Positions 33,161 to 43,582 of a stretch of DNA of 64,000 nucleotides are shown here, in pieces. A program made the translations under genes and the position numbers. The stretch covers positions 736,001-800,000 of the forward strand of contig OZ223300.1 of NCBI GenBank assembly GCA_965140705.1, written 5' to 3'. Numbering within the stretch: the stretch's first letter is position 1; every line of letters starts with the position of its first letter. This stretch comes from an uncultured Arcobacter sp. Its GTDB lineage: Bacteria > Campylobacterota > Campylobacteria > Campylobacterales > Arcobacteraceae. The notes under the pieces were generated by a model, which did no database searches, had not been told where the DNA came from, and saw nothing but the letters and a program-made list of their open reading frames with translations.

Positions 33161-34550
33161 TTACTTTTTTAAGTGATTTTGAAAAGCCAGAAGGGATATC
33201 ATCATTTAAAGAAAAGGTATCTGTATTTGTAAATATTTCCATCTTTTTTAACCATGCTTCAAATTCAGGAGCAGGGTGTAAGTCTAAAACTCTTCTTGCA
33301 TAAAGGGCATCATGGAAAGAGGTGGTTTGATAATTAAGCATGATATCATCAGAACCTGGAATTCCCATAATAAAGTTACATCCAGCAACTCCAAGTAGAG
33401 TTAATAAGTTATCCATATCATTTTGATCTGCATCTGCATGGTTTGTATAACAAATATCACAACCCATTGGTAATCCTAATAGTTTTCCACAAAAGTGATC
33501 TTCTAATCCTGCCCTTGTAATCTCTTTCCCATCAAATAAATATTCAGGTCCAATAAAACCAACAACAGTATTTACTAATAGTGGGTCAAACTTTTTAGCA
33601 ACAGCATAAGCTCTTGCTTCACAGGTTTGTTGATCAACCCCAAAGTTTGCATTTGCTGATAGGGAACTTCCTTGTCCTGTTTCAAAATACATAACATTAT
33701 TTCCAACGGTTCCTCTATTTAAAGAGAGTGCTGCTTCTCTTACTTCTTTTAAAATAGATAAATTAACCCCAAAACTTGTATTAGTAGCTTCAGTTCCTCC
33801 AATAGATTGGAAAACTAAATCAACTGGTGCTTTTTTTTCAATTGCTTCAATAGTATTTGTAACATGAGTTAAAACACAAGATTGTGTAGGAATCTCATAT
33901 TTTGTAATTATTTCATCCATTATTTTTAGAAGTTTTATAGTCTGTTCAACATTATCTGTTGCTGGATTGATACCAATTACTGCATCACCATTTCCATATA
34001 ATAATCCATCTAAAATACTAGCGGTAATTCCTCTAACATCATCTGTTGGGTGATTTGGTTGAAGTCTTGTTGAAAGGTGGTTTTTCAATCCTATTGTATC
34101 TCTAAAGGCAGTTGTAATAGGGCATTTTTTTGCAACTAAGATTAAATCTTGATTTCTCATGATTTTACTAACAGCTGCCACCATTTCAGGTGTCATACCA
34201 GCTCTTGCTTGTTTTATTAAGTCAGGTGTTGTATTATCACTTAGGAGCCAATCTCTAAAATCCCCAACGGTTAGATGAGAGATGATTTTAAAAGCTTCAC
34301 TATCATGATCATCTATAATAAGTCTAGTGATTTCATCTTTTTCATATGAGATAAGATGTTCTTCTAAAAAAGTTTTTAGAGGTACTTCAGCTAATCTCAT
34401 TTGAGCTATTACTCTTTCTTGTGATGAACTTGCAGCAACTCCTGCTAAAACATCTCCAGATCTTTTTGGGGTGGCTTTTGCCATTAAATCAGTTAAGTTT
34501 TTAAAGGTATAAGTCTTTTGTCCAAGTGTATATTTGTAAGTATTCTTCAT
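33150..34550 (-). CDS. eutB: Ethanolamine ammonia-lyase large subunit
   Basis: RLQPNHPTDD, YFETGQGS, NTVVGFIGPEY, GCDICYTNH. Confidence 0.97.
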   Translation of the reverse strand: MKNTYKYTLGQKTYTFKNLTDLMAKATPKRSGDVLAGVAASSSQERVIAQMRLAEVPLKTFLEEHLISYEKDEITRLIIDDHDSEAFKIISHLTVGDFRDWLLSDNTTPDLIKQARAGMTPEMVAAVSKIMRNQDLILVAKKCPITTAFRDTIGLKNHLSTRLQPNHPTDDVRGITASILDGLLYGNGDAVIGINPATDNVEQTIKLLKIMDEIITKYEIPTQSCVLTHVTNTIEAIEKKAPVDLVFQSIGGTEATNTSFGVNLSILKEVREAALSLNRGTVGNNVMYFETGQGSSLSANANFGVDQQTCEARAYAVAKKFDPLLVNTVVGFIGPEYLFDGKEITRAGLEDHFCGKLLGLPMGCDICYTNHADADQNDMDNLLTLLGVAGCNFIMGIPGSDDIMLNYQTTSFHDALYARRVLDLHPAPEFEAWLKKMEIFTNTDTFSLNDDIPSGFSKSLKKVIGA

Positions 34551-34654
34551 TTTTAATCCTAATGTAAAAGATCAAAGAATTTTGATTATCAATTTCTTTA
34601 GAATAATTTTACATTAAAATTGTAGCTTGAATGTAGATGTAAAGATATCTATAT

Positions 34655-34673
34655 TTGTATAAAAAATATACAA
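34655..34673. promoter_or_regulatory. Candidate operator upstream of eutB
   Basis: TTGTAT-N7-ATACAA palindrome. Confidence 0.35.
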
Positions 34674-34760
34674 TTTTTATAATATTAAATTAATTAATAT
34701 AATTTAATATTTAAGAATATTATTTAATAATATTAAAATGAAAAAGGAATAAAGACAATT

Positions 34761-36620
34761 TTAATAATTGTCTTTATCTTTATTTATGAGAAGGTCTTTT
34801 GTAAATCTTATGACTTTATTTCTACCTGTCTCTTTTGCTTTATATAAACATAAATCAGCAAATTTGATACATTTCCACATTTGATCTGCATCACTAGGTA
34901 AGAAAGAATATCCAATACTTACAGTTTTACTAAATGACTCATTATTAAAAGTAAATACGAGTTTTGCAAATTCACTATTTATTCTTGTAGCTAAATCTTT
35001 TGCACTCTCTTCAGTTGGATTTTCCATAATTATTAGGAATTCTTCCCCTCCAAATCTAATAATAAAGTCTTTATCAGAAATTTCTGCTTTCATTGTTTTT
35101 GAAAGTTTTTGTAAAATAGTATCACCTGCATCATGCCCATAAGTATCATTAACCATTTTAAAATAATCAATATCTAAGAACATAACGGCATAAGTTGAAC
35201 CAAGAAGTAGTTCTTGAGGCATTTTTTTCTCTATAAAGTCATCTAAATATTTCCTATTATAAAGTCCTGTCAAGCCATCAACAAGATTTCTCTCTCTTAA
35301 TACATCCATTAAAATTTTACTTTCTAAAATAGGTTTTGTCTCTTCTAAATATTTTCTAATAATTCCAATTTTATATTTTGTCTCTTCTAAATGGTTTTTA
35401 CTATCACACATAACATGAACTGTTATACTTTTGTGTTTATTTATTGTAAATGGAATACAAATATAATCTGAACAATCATCACAAGAAGCAATTCTACAAA
35501 TTTCTGGAAAATTTTCAGATAAAACCACTGTATCTGTTCTCTCCGCTCTACATTGTTCTTTTATGTTTTTAAGTAGACTACAACAAGGCGTTGTCTCTTC
35601 TGTTGAGAATATTACTTTTCTAGTATCTCTTTTTAAATCATTTTCATAAATACAAAAATTTTCTATTTTTAGCTTATCTTTAAAAACTTGAACTAATCTG
35701 TAATAAATATCATCTTTTGTTAAATCAGTCTCTATAGTTTTTTTATAGTTATATATTTCTGTAATATCTTCTATTATTTTTTGTGCAGTTAATAGCTTAT
35801 CACTGTTTGCATTAGTTGATGCTCTATTGTGAACAAATGATGTTAAGTTTTTTTCAATTCCAGTTAATACAGTTTCTAGTTTTTCAATGATTTCGTTTAA
35901 CCATTGGAAAGCCTCTTTATCTTCTTTTAACACGCCTTCTTTTGCTCTAATTGAATAGTCACCTTCATGTACTTTTTTTAAAACTTCCGTAATTGAATCA
36001 AATGAAGAAGTATAAGGTTTGATTTTTCTACTTATATAAATAAGTATAAGTATTAAAAATACTGTGATAATTGCAATTATATTTAATAATACAGTAATAC
36101 TTGAAATTCTATCATCTTGGATATCAAATTTTAAAGATATGGCACCTAAAACCTCTCCTTCTTTTGCATTATGACAGCTTAAACAGTTGGGTTTATCAAG
36201 GGCTGAAGCTGTATATGGAATAGTGATTCTTAATGTGGCACTTTTAATAGATTCATTAGGAAGGGTAATTACTTTTCCAGTTTTTAAAACTTCTTCATCA
36301 ATTGCATCTCTTGGTTTTTCATTTCTATTCGCTGATTTACCAAATTGTTGAGAAACAGTCTCTCCCCTTATTATCCATAAATCTTTTATCTCTTTTATTT
36401 GACTAATACTAGTTAGAAAGGTTTCTCTTTTATCCATAGTTCCATTAATCATATGAGAAGTTAATGTTTCTTTTACAATATCTGCTGCTAAATAGGCTCT
36501 TTTTATAGCTCCATTGTAGCCACTCTCTCTTGAACCAATTGCAACTAGTGCTACTATTACAATAGTTAATAAGGTAACCATTGTAAAAATTATTATCGTT
36601 ATTTTTTTATTTGAATCCAT
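34761..36620 (-). CDS. Membrane diguanylate cyclase with periplasmic CxxCH sensor
   Basis: Two TM helices flanking CLSCH; DGLTGLYNR, DIDYFK, FGGEEF. Confidence 0.9.
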   Translation of the reverse strand: MDSNKKITIIIFTMVTLLTIVIVALVAIGSRESGYNGAIKRAYLAADIVKETLTSHMINGTMDKRETFLTSISQIKEIKDLWIIRGETVSQQFGKSANRNEKPRDAIDEEVLKTGKVITLPNESIKSATLRITIPYTASALDKPNCLSCHNAKEGEVLGAISLKFDIQDDRISSITVLLNIIAIITVFLILILIYISRKIKPYTSSFDSITEVLKKVHEGDYSIRAKEGVLKEDKEAFQWLNEIIEKLETVLTGIEKNLTSFVHNRASTNANSDKLLTAQKIIEDITEIYNYKKTIETDLTKDDIYYRLVQVFKDKLKIENFCIYENDLKRDTRKVIFSTEETTPCCSLLKNIKEQCRAERTDTVVLSENFPEICRIASCDDCSDYICIPFTINKHKSITVHVMCDSKNHLEETKYKIGIIRKYLEETKPILESKILMDVLRERNLVDGLTGLYNRKYLDDFIEKKMPQELLLGSTYAVMFLDIDYFKMVNDTYGHDAGDTILQKLSKTMKAEISDKDFIIRFGGEEFLIIMENPTEESAKDLATRINSEFAKLVFTFNNESFSKTVSIGYSFLPSDADQMWKCIKFADLCLYKAKETGRNKVIRFTKDLLINKDKDNY

Positions 36621-36810
36621 TTTATAACCTAAATAAAAGTTTAAATAATTTTATCATAATTAGAATTTAATTTTTATATAACTATTTACAATTTTGTAAA
36701 AATTTGTTATTTTATGTTAATATAATAAAAATTAGACATATTTAAAATGAAAGAAAGAAGTAGTTTTAAGTATATTCTTAATATAATTTATTTTTAGTTA
36801 AAGGAAAATA

Positions 36811-37197
36811 ATGAATTTAAGAGTTTTGGTTGTAGACGATAGCTCAACTATGAGAAGAATCATTGTTAATGTTTTAACGCAATTAGGTATCTCTACTGAT
36901 TATATTCATGAAGCAGAGGATGGATTAGTTGCTTTAGGAAAAGTTAAAACAAATAGCTATGATGTTATTCTTACAGATTGGAATATGCCAAGAATGAATG
37001 GATTGCAGTTTGTTCAAAATGTCAGAAAACTGCCTAAATATGTGAATACACCAATTTTAATGATAACAACTGAAGGTGGGAAATCAGAAGTTATAGAAGC
37101 TTTAAAAAGTGGAGTTAATAACTATATTGTAAAACCATTTAATGCAGATATATTAAAATCAAAATTAGAACCTATATTAAAAAAAAGTAAGAAATAA
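36811..37197 (+). CDS. cheY: Chemotaxis response regulator CheY
   Basis: VVDDSSTMRRII, TDWNMP, MITTEG, YIVKPF. Confidence 0.93.
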   Translation: MNLRVLVVDDSSTMRRIIVNVLTQLGISTDYIHEAEDGLVALGKVKTNSYDVILTDWNMPRMNGLQFVQNVRKLPKYVNTPILMITTEGGKSEVIEALKSGVNNYIVKPFNADILKSKLEPILKKSKK

Positions 37198-37214
37198 ATT
37201 ATAATTAAAGTAAA

Positions 37215-38534
37215 TTAATCTTCTTGAACTTCAGGAAGTTTTTTTGCTAAATATATTGCAAGTACTCCTATTAGAGATAAAAATAATATAATTCCACCAA
37301 CTCCAATTATAGAACTAAAAGTACCAATTGAACCACTTAAAAGTAATATTATTCCAATTAAGGTATTACTAACAGCCACATAATCTGTTCTTTTATTCCC
37401 TTCTGCCAAGTCAACTATATATGTTTTTCTACCAATTCTTATTCCCTGATACCCAATACTTAAAACAAAATAGATAATAGGCATAATCCATATATATAAA
37501 AAAAGTTGAGAATAAAAATAATAAATAAAAGATACAATAAAGCCTACAGTCGTAGCAATTGTTGCTCCTAAAATCATAACTCTTTTACTAGATATATCTG
37601 AAAACTTACCCCAAAAATTAGCGGATAATAAATCTGCTAATCCACTTGAAAGAATAAAAAGACCTAATAAGTAAGTATCGTCATTTGAGTGTTCTTTAGC
37701 TATGATTACAAAAAATGGTGCGCTTAAAACTGAACATAAAAATAGTGCTCTTGTTATCACAAAAAGTCTAAATGGTTTATCAGTTTTTAAAATAGATAGT
37801 TTTTTAATAGCAACAGTAAAGGCATTTCCTCCTCCATGTGTTTCCCCTGGGAATTCGTTTATTTGTGAATATATAAGTGATGCTAAAATCCAAAAAATTC
37901 CAGCGATAAAAAGTAGTACTCCAAAATTTTGAGGAGAGAAAGGTTTTTCTCCATTTAATAAAAAATAGACTCCAAGAGCAACAACAAGCAGACCTGAAAG
38001 CATTGCAGAAAGTCCATTTAAGGCACCTCTTCTTGTTTTAGGAATTGTTTTACCTATTACATCTTTTGCTGCAACTGAACATAATCCTCTTGCCAAACTC
38101 ATAAGTATAAGTAGTGCAATAATTGCTAAACCAGCATTTAAGCCTTCTAAATTCCAAGCCACAAGACCAATTCCAAAAATACACAAGGCTTGTAAAATTG
38201 AGCCAATTACCCATACCCATTTTCTAATAGGTAGTTTTCTAACATAAGCTGCTATAAAAAGTTGAGGAAGAAGTGAACCTGACTCTCTAATTGGAACTAA
38301 AAAACTAATCAGAAATACAGGAACATTTAAGCTATGCATTATCCAAGGTAAAATTATTTTTGTATTAGAAATTGCATCTGCAAGTTTAGTAAAGAAGTAA
38401 CTAATAAGAGTTAGAAAAAAATTACCAGGTACCACTTTGCATGCTTTTTCATCTATAGCTTTGCAAACTCTTGCATCTTCTTCATTTACAAGTTTATTGT
38501 AAATATTATCAGGATTAAATTTTTTTAAAGGCAT
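37215..38534 (-). CDS. MFS-type membrane transporter
   Basis: Many TM helices, LVPIRESGSLLPQL motif. Confidence 0.8.
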   Translation of the reverse strand: MPLKKFNPDNIYNKLVNEEDARVCKAIDEKACKVVPGNFFLTLISYFFTKLADAISNTKIILPWIMHSLNVPVFLISFLVPIRESGSLLPQLFIAAYVRKLPIRKWVWVIGSILQALCIFGIGLVAWNLEGLNAGLAIIALLILMSLARGLCSVAAKDVIGKTIPKTRRGALNGLSAMLSGLLVVALGVYFLLNGEKPFSPQNFGVLLFIAGIFWILASLIYSQINEFPGETHGGGNAFTVAIKKLSILKTDKPFRLFVITRALFLCSVLSAPFFVIIAKEHSNDDTYLLGLFILSSGLADLLSANFWGKFSDISSKRVMILGATIATTVGFIVSFIYYFYSQLFLYIWIMPIIYFVLSIGYQGIRIGRKTYIVDLAEGNKRTDYVAVSNTLIGIILLLSGSIGTFSSIIGVGGIILFLSLIGVLAIYLAKKLPEVQED

Positions 38535-38535
38535 A

Positions 38536-39243
38536 TTATAAAGCTTTGAATCCTTCTTCTAAGTCAAGTGTACCTTCATAAAAAGCTTTTCCAACTATAA
38601 CACCAGCAATATTCCCATTTGCCTTACAGTTTATTATGTCATTTATATCTTTTACCCCACCACTAGCAATCGTATCTATTCCACTAGCAAGGGCAATTGA
38701 TTCAGTGAACTCTACATTTACACCACAAAGCATTCCATCTTTACTTATATCTGTACAAATAATAGCTTGAACACCTGCATTGGCAAACTCTTTAGCTAAA
38801 GTGGTAGCTTCCATTGTAGAAACTTCTGCCCATCCTTCAACGGCTACCATTCCATCCATAGCATCAATTCCAACAGCAATTGGATATTTTGAAGCCATAT
38901 CTTTTACAAATTGTGGATCTTTTACTGCAATTGAACCTAAAATTAATCTATCAACTCCTAGTTCAATATACATTTTGATAGTTTCCTCATCACGAATTCC
39001 ACCACCAAGTTCAATTTTAAGATTACAGTTTTCTCTTATTTTTTTGATTTGCTCTAAGTTTGCTGGTTTCCCTGCAAATGCTCCATTTAAATCTACTATA
39101 TGAACCCATTTACTTCCAAGTTCTTCAAATCTTTTAGCTACTTGCCAAGGCTCATCTGAATAGATTTTTGCACTATCCATTAAACCTTTGCTTAGTCTTA
39201 CTGCTTTTCCATCTTTTAAATCAATCGCTGGCAATATATCCAT
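38536..39243 (-). CDS. hisA: ProFAR isomerase
   Basis: [30 protein letters not shown]. Confidence 0.97.
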   Translation of the reverse strand: MDILPAIDLKDGKAVRLSKGLMDSAKIYSDEPWQVAKRFEELGSKWVHIVDLNGAFAGKPANLEQIKKIRENCNLKIELGGGIRDEETIKMYIELGVDRLILGSIAVKDPQFVKDMASKYPIAVGIDAMDGMVAVEGWAEVSTMEATTLAKEFANAGVQAIICTDISKDGMLCGVNVEFTESIALASGIDTIASGGVKDINDIINCKANGNIAGVIVGKAFYEGTLDLEEGFKAL

Positions 39244-39258
39244 AATAAATGCTATCCT

Positions 39259-40110
39259 TTATTTACATAAGTTTTCTATTGTTTCTTCTATTGTTTTATA
39301 TTTAAATTCAAAACCTAAATCCAATAATTTTTTAGGAATAGCACTTTGTCCATCTGTTAAGACCTTAGCACCTTCACTAAAAATTATATTTAAAACAAAT
39401 TCTGGTACTGGAAGTATAGTAGGTCTTTTTAGTGTTTTTCCTAAAGCCTGAGTCAAACCTTTATTTGTAGTTGGAACAGGTGCACTTAAGTTAAATGTAT
39501 CTTCATAAGAGTTTTCAATCACAAATTTATAAGCATTTAGTAAATCTTCTATATGAATATATGAGAATGCTTGTTCTCCACTTCCTATTACTCCACCTAA
39601 TCCTAATTTAAATGGAAGTATCATCTTTTGCAAAGCTCCACCATCTTTTCCTAAAATTATTCCAAATCTAAAAATAGAGACTTTTGTCTTTTCACTTTTT
39701 GCTTTTAAAGCCTCTTTTTCCCACTCTTGACAAATTGATGATAAAAAATCATTTGAATAAGTTCCATTTTCATCATAAGTTGCTTTATTGTCATATATAC
39801 CAACGGCAGAAGTTGAGATCAATAATTTTGGTGGATTATCTATATTTTTTATTGCAGATACTAATTTTTGTGTAGTATTTATTCTACTTGAGTAAAGAAG
39901 TTTTTTATAACTTTCACTCCATCTATTTATTATATTTGCACCAGCAAGGTTTATTAATATATCACTTGTATTAAGTAACTCTTCTAATTTGATTTTATCA
40001 TTTAAAATCTCCCTTCTAATAGGAAGAATTTTATAATCTAAATCAGTAAAGAATTTAGTCAAACTGCTACCTACAAAACCACTAGCTCCTGATACTGCTA
40101 TTGTTCTCAT
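39259..40110 (-). CDS. TIGR01777 (YfcH-like) NAD-dependent epimerase family protein
   Basis: GASGFVG, NLAGA, SRINTT, CQEWE, GKDGGAL. Confidence 0.9.
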   Translation of the reverse strand: MRTIAVSGASGFVGSSLTKFFTDLDYKILPIRREILNDKIKLEELLNTSDILINLAGANIINRWSESYKKLLYSSRINTTQKLVSAIKNIDNPPKLLISTSAVGIYDNKATYDENGTYSNDFLSSICQEWEKEALKAKSEKTKVSIFRFGIILGKDGGALQKMILPFKLGLGGVIGSGEQAFSYIHIEDLLNAYKFVIENSYEDTFNLSAPVPTTNKGLTQALGKTLKRPTILPVPEFVLNIIFSEGAKVLTDGQSAIPKKLLDLGFEFKYKTIEETIENLCK

Positions 40111-40122
40111 GATATATCCTTT

Positions 40123-40728
40123 TTATAGTTTTGTAAAATTCCTTAAAATTTGAATTCCATTATCATGTGATTTTTCTGGATGAGGTTGAAAACCATAAAT
40201 ATTATCTTTTTTTACAGCACTTACAAACTCATATCCATAAACTGTTTTTCCAATAATATTTTCTTCACTAGTAACTGCATGGAAAGAGTGAACAAAATAT
40301 AAATATGGATTTTTTAGTCCATCAAATAAAGGGTCATTGTTATTTATAATTGTATTCCAACCCATATGTGGTACTTTAAAATCTTCATGCATTTTAGTCT
40401 TATCAAATTTTACGACTTCACCATTTATAAGACCCAATCCATCACTATGACCAAATTCTTGTGAACTCTCAAAAAGAAGTTGCATACCTAAACAAATCCC
40501 AATCATTGGTTTCCCCGTTTTTGAATACTCTAATATTGCTTCTTTCATCCCTGTAGTATTTAAGTTACTCATTGCATCTGCAAAAGCACCAACACCTGGC
40601 AAAATTATTCTGTCAAAGTTTTTTAGTTCACTTGGGTCTTTTACAATTGATGCTTTTGCATCTAATAAATGACAAGCATTGTAAACGCTTGCTAAATTTC
40701 CCATATTATAATCAATTATTCCAATCAC
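40123..40728 (-). CDS. hisH: Imidazole glycerol phosphate synthase glutaminase subunit
   Basis: DYNMGNL, LPGVG, GICLGMQ, PHMGWN, QPHPEKS. Confidence 0.97.
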   Translation of the reverse strand: MIGIIDYNMGNLASVYNACHLLDAKASIVKDPSELKNFDRIILPGVGAFADAMSNLNTTGMKEAILEYSKTGKPMIGICLGMQLLFESSQEFGHSDGLGLINGEVVKFDKTKMHEDFKVPHMGWNTIINNNDPLFDGLKNPYLYFVHSFHAVTSEENIIGKTVYGYEFVSAVKKDNIYGFQPHPEKSHDNGIQILRNFTKL

Positions 40729-40881
40729 GTGTTATCCTACATTTGTAATAAAAATATTATATCTAATTAAAATTATTAAGTAGTTAATAGCTTTAATTTT
40801 AAAAAATATATAAAGACCATAATATATGTATAAGTTATATATTATATGATATAATTTAAAATGTGAAAAGAGGAGGGGAAT

Positions 40882-42636
40882 ATGATAAGAAAAATATCTT
40901 TTCCAATACTTTTTTTAGTGTTGGCTTATTTCATACTTACTTATGAAAGTGCAAAAATAATTGTTGCAGGAGTAGCAGTATTTTTAGTAGGTGTATTTTT
41001 TATGGAGGAGGGCTTTAAACTTTTTTCTGGTAGTTTTTTTGAAAGGATTTTAGAAAAATTTACAAATACCTTACCTAAATCATTAGGAAGTGGTTTTCTT
41101 ATAACTTCTATAATACAAAGTTCTTCATTGACAAGTGTGATATTGATATCATTTCTAGGAACAGGCTTGATAGGTTTAGGTGAAGCAATAGGAGTAGTTT
41201 TAGGTTCTAGTTTAGGATCTACAACAACTGCATGGCTTATATCTGTGTTTGGACTTAAAATAAAAATTTCTCATTATGCTATGCCAATACTTATTTTTGG
41301 TATTTTTTTTAGATTTTCAAGAAATGAGAAATATAAAGGATTTGGAAATATATTACTTGGTTTAGGTTTTATATTTCTTGGAATATCTTATTTGATTAAT
41401 GGGTTTTCTTCTTTAAAAAACTTTATTGATTTATCTACTTTTGTTACTGATGGATATTTGGGGATGGGAATTTATTTTTTAATTGGTGCAGTTATGACGT
41501 TTATTATCCAATCTAGTTCTGCAAGTATGGCTATTATTTTAACTGCTTTAGCAAGTACTCAAATTACTTATATGAATGCTTTAGCAATAATGATTGGTGG
41601 AAAAGTTGGGAGTACTACTACAACGATACTTGGTTCTTTGAGTTCTAATGAAAATGGTAAACGTTTGGCAATTGCTCAACTTATATTTAATCTGGTTTCT
41701 GCTAGTTTTGCCATAATTTTTATTTATCAAATTAGTTATTTAATAGATTTTGTTGCTCATTATTTTGGATTAAATTTTGATAATTATGTAATAAAACTTA
41801 CCATGTTTCATACAATTTTTAATGTAGCAGCAATAATTATTGTAGCACCTTTTATACCTAAATTAGTTGTTTATTTACAAAAATTATTTGTACCAAAAAC
41901 TAAATCTTGGGCAAGTCCAAAATATTTGAATAAAGAAGTTATTAAGATTCCCAAAACGGCATTAATAAGTCTTAGAAAAGAGAGTCAAAATCTTTATTTT
42001 AATTTTTTAAAAGCAATTATGCATTTGATGAATATCAAACATGAGGATATTTTTTTAAATAGATATAAAGAAAAATCAAAAATTAATAATAATGTTAAAA
42101 TAGATAAAGTTTATAAAGAAAATTTAAAATCATTATATGTTGAAATACTCAAATATGGAATAGAATCACAAAAAAATATGAAAAATGAAGATAGTAAAAT
42201 TGTGAATATGTTCAAGTCAATAGCTGGACAGATGATTAAGTTATTGAATAATATAAAAACATTGCAAAAAAATATTGATATTCACAAAAACTGCACCAAC
42301 AAATATATAAAAAAAGAGTATGATTTTTTAGAAGATATGATTATAATGGTTCTTATAGAACTAAAAGATATTAGACAAAATCATAATTTAGATGATATTG
42401 ATAAAATGTTTAAATCTAAATCATTAAAACAAAAGTTAAATTCTTTGGATTTAATGTCTAGTAAGAGAATTGATAATATTATAAAAGCAAAAACAACAAG
42501 TAGTGAAATGATAACAAACCTTATAAATGATTTATCTTTTACTCTTAATATATGTAAAAAACTTATAGATATTACTACTATCCTTTGGGTTGAAGATAAA
42601 ATTTTGTTAGAATTAGGAGAAGAACATGAAAGTTAA
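40882..42636 (+). CDS. Na+/Pi cotransporter family protein
   Basis: Duplicated IIQSSS motifs, G...GSTTT, soluble helical C-terminus. Confidence 0.88.
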   Translation: MIRKISFPILFLVLAYFILTYESAKIIVAGVAVFLVGVFFMEEGFKLFSGSFFERILEKFTNTLPKSLGSGFLITSIIQSSSLTSVILISFLGTGLIGLGEAIGVVLGSSLGSTTTAWLISVFGLKIKISHYAMPILIFGIFFRFSRNEKYKGFGNILLGLGFIFLGISYLINGFSSLKNFIDLSTFVTDGYLGMGIYFLIGAVMTFIIQSSSASMAIILTALASTQITYMNALAIMIGGKVGSTTTTILGSLSSNENGKRLAIAQLIFNLVSASFAIIFIYQISYLIDFVAHYFGLNFDNYVIKLTMFHTIFNVAAIIIVAPFIPKLVVYLQKLFVPKTKSWASPKYLNKEVIKIPKTALISLRKESQNLYFNFLKAIMHLMNIKHEDIFLNRYKEKSKINNNVKIDKVYKENLKSLYVEILKYGIESQKNMKNEDSKIVNMFKSIAGQMIKLLNNIKTLQKNIDIHKNCTNKYIKKEYDFLEDMIIMVLIELKDIRQNHNLDDIDKMFKSKSLKQKLNSLDLMSSKRIDNIIKAKTTSSEMITNLINDLSFTLNICKKLIDITTILWVEDKILLELGEEHES

Positions 42637-42850
42637 AAAACTAATTGCTGAAATAAACAGTTTTTTTGAATCAAAAAAGGATAAGAAGTTTGAAAAGGCT
42701 TTAATTAAGCTCGAAAACAAAAAAGAGAAGATTGAAAAAAAGATTGAAAAAAAAGAGTTTGAAAATAATTCAAAAGAGCTTCTTGAAAATGAAATATTAA
42801 TGATAGAAGATATGATAAAAAAAGTAAGAAGAAAAATAAAAGATAAATAA
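42626..42850 (+). CDS. Small Lys/Glu-rich hypothetical protein
   Basis: AGGAG RBS; overlaps the cotransporter stop. Confidence 0.65.
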   Translation: MKVKKLIAEINSFFESKKDKKFEKALIKLENKKEKIEKKIEKKEFENNSKELLENEILMIEDMIKKVRRKIKDK

Positions 42851-42868
42851 ATTTTTTATTTTATGTTA

Positions 42869-43441
42869 TTAAAGTTTTGCATCAGCGAGGGTTAAAGAAA
42901 ATAATACTTTATTATTTTTTTTCTCTAAAGCTTTTTTTGCTTCCTTAATTGTAGCACCTGTAGTAATTATATCATCGCATAAAATTGTTGTTTTATCATA
43001 AATATTTGTTAGTTTAAATCGTCTTGGATTTTTTTCTCTATATTCTTTATCTTTTCCTGCATATTTGACAATATTTGTTGCTCTTAAGGCATTGTATTGG
43101 GCTTTTATATTTTTTGAGTTTAGTGCATGAGCTAAAATTGCTGTATGGGAAAACTCATGTCTTGAATGATCATCAATAGGTACTGCAAAAGTATTTTCAT
43201 TAAATTCAAAGTTTGAAGCAAATTTTTTAAAAGATAAATTGGCAAGTATATTAAAAACTTTATCACCAAAAAAATAATATTTTGAAGAGAGTAAATCTTC
43301 TAGTTCTGATAGGCTATAAAAAGAGTAGTTATAAAAGCCTTTTTCTATTTCTCTTTTATGGAAAGATGGAAAAAGAAAATTACTCTGACACTCTTTACAA
43401 ATGGCACTAAATGACAGTTTCTCACATAATAAACATCTCAT
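42869..43441 (-). CDS. comF: ComF-family phosphoribosyltransferase-like competence protein
   Basis: CLLC...ICKEC zinc ribbon, ILCDDIITTGAT; start placed at MRCLLC. Confidence 0.85.
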   Translation of the reverse strand: MRCLLCEKLSFSAICKECQSNFLFPSFHKREIEKGFYNYSFYSLSELEDLLSSKYYFFGDKVFNILANLSFKKFASNFEFNENTFAVPIDDHSRHEFSHTAILAHALNSKNIKAQYNALRATNIVKYAGKDKEYREKNPRRFKLTNIYDKTTILCDDIITTGATIKEAKKALEKKNNKVLFSLTLADAKL

Positions 43442-43582
43442 ATTTAATTTTATCAAAAAAAATATTTTAATTAAATAATTTATAAACTTATTTAAGAAAA
43501 GTTTAATAAAAAATAAAAATGGTAAATTTAATTTTACTAATATTATGGTAATATTTGAGAAAAATAATATTAAGGAATTATA

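Noticed and set aside
34551..34760. Cobalamin riboswitch upstream of eutB
   Set aside because: No B12-box-like sequence; region is extremely AT-rich
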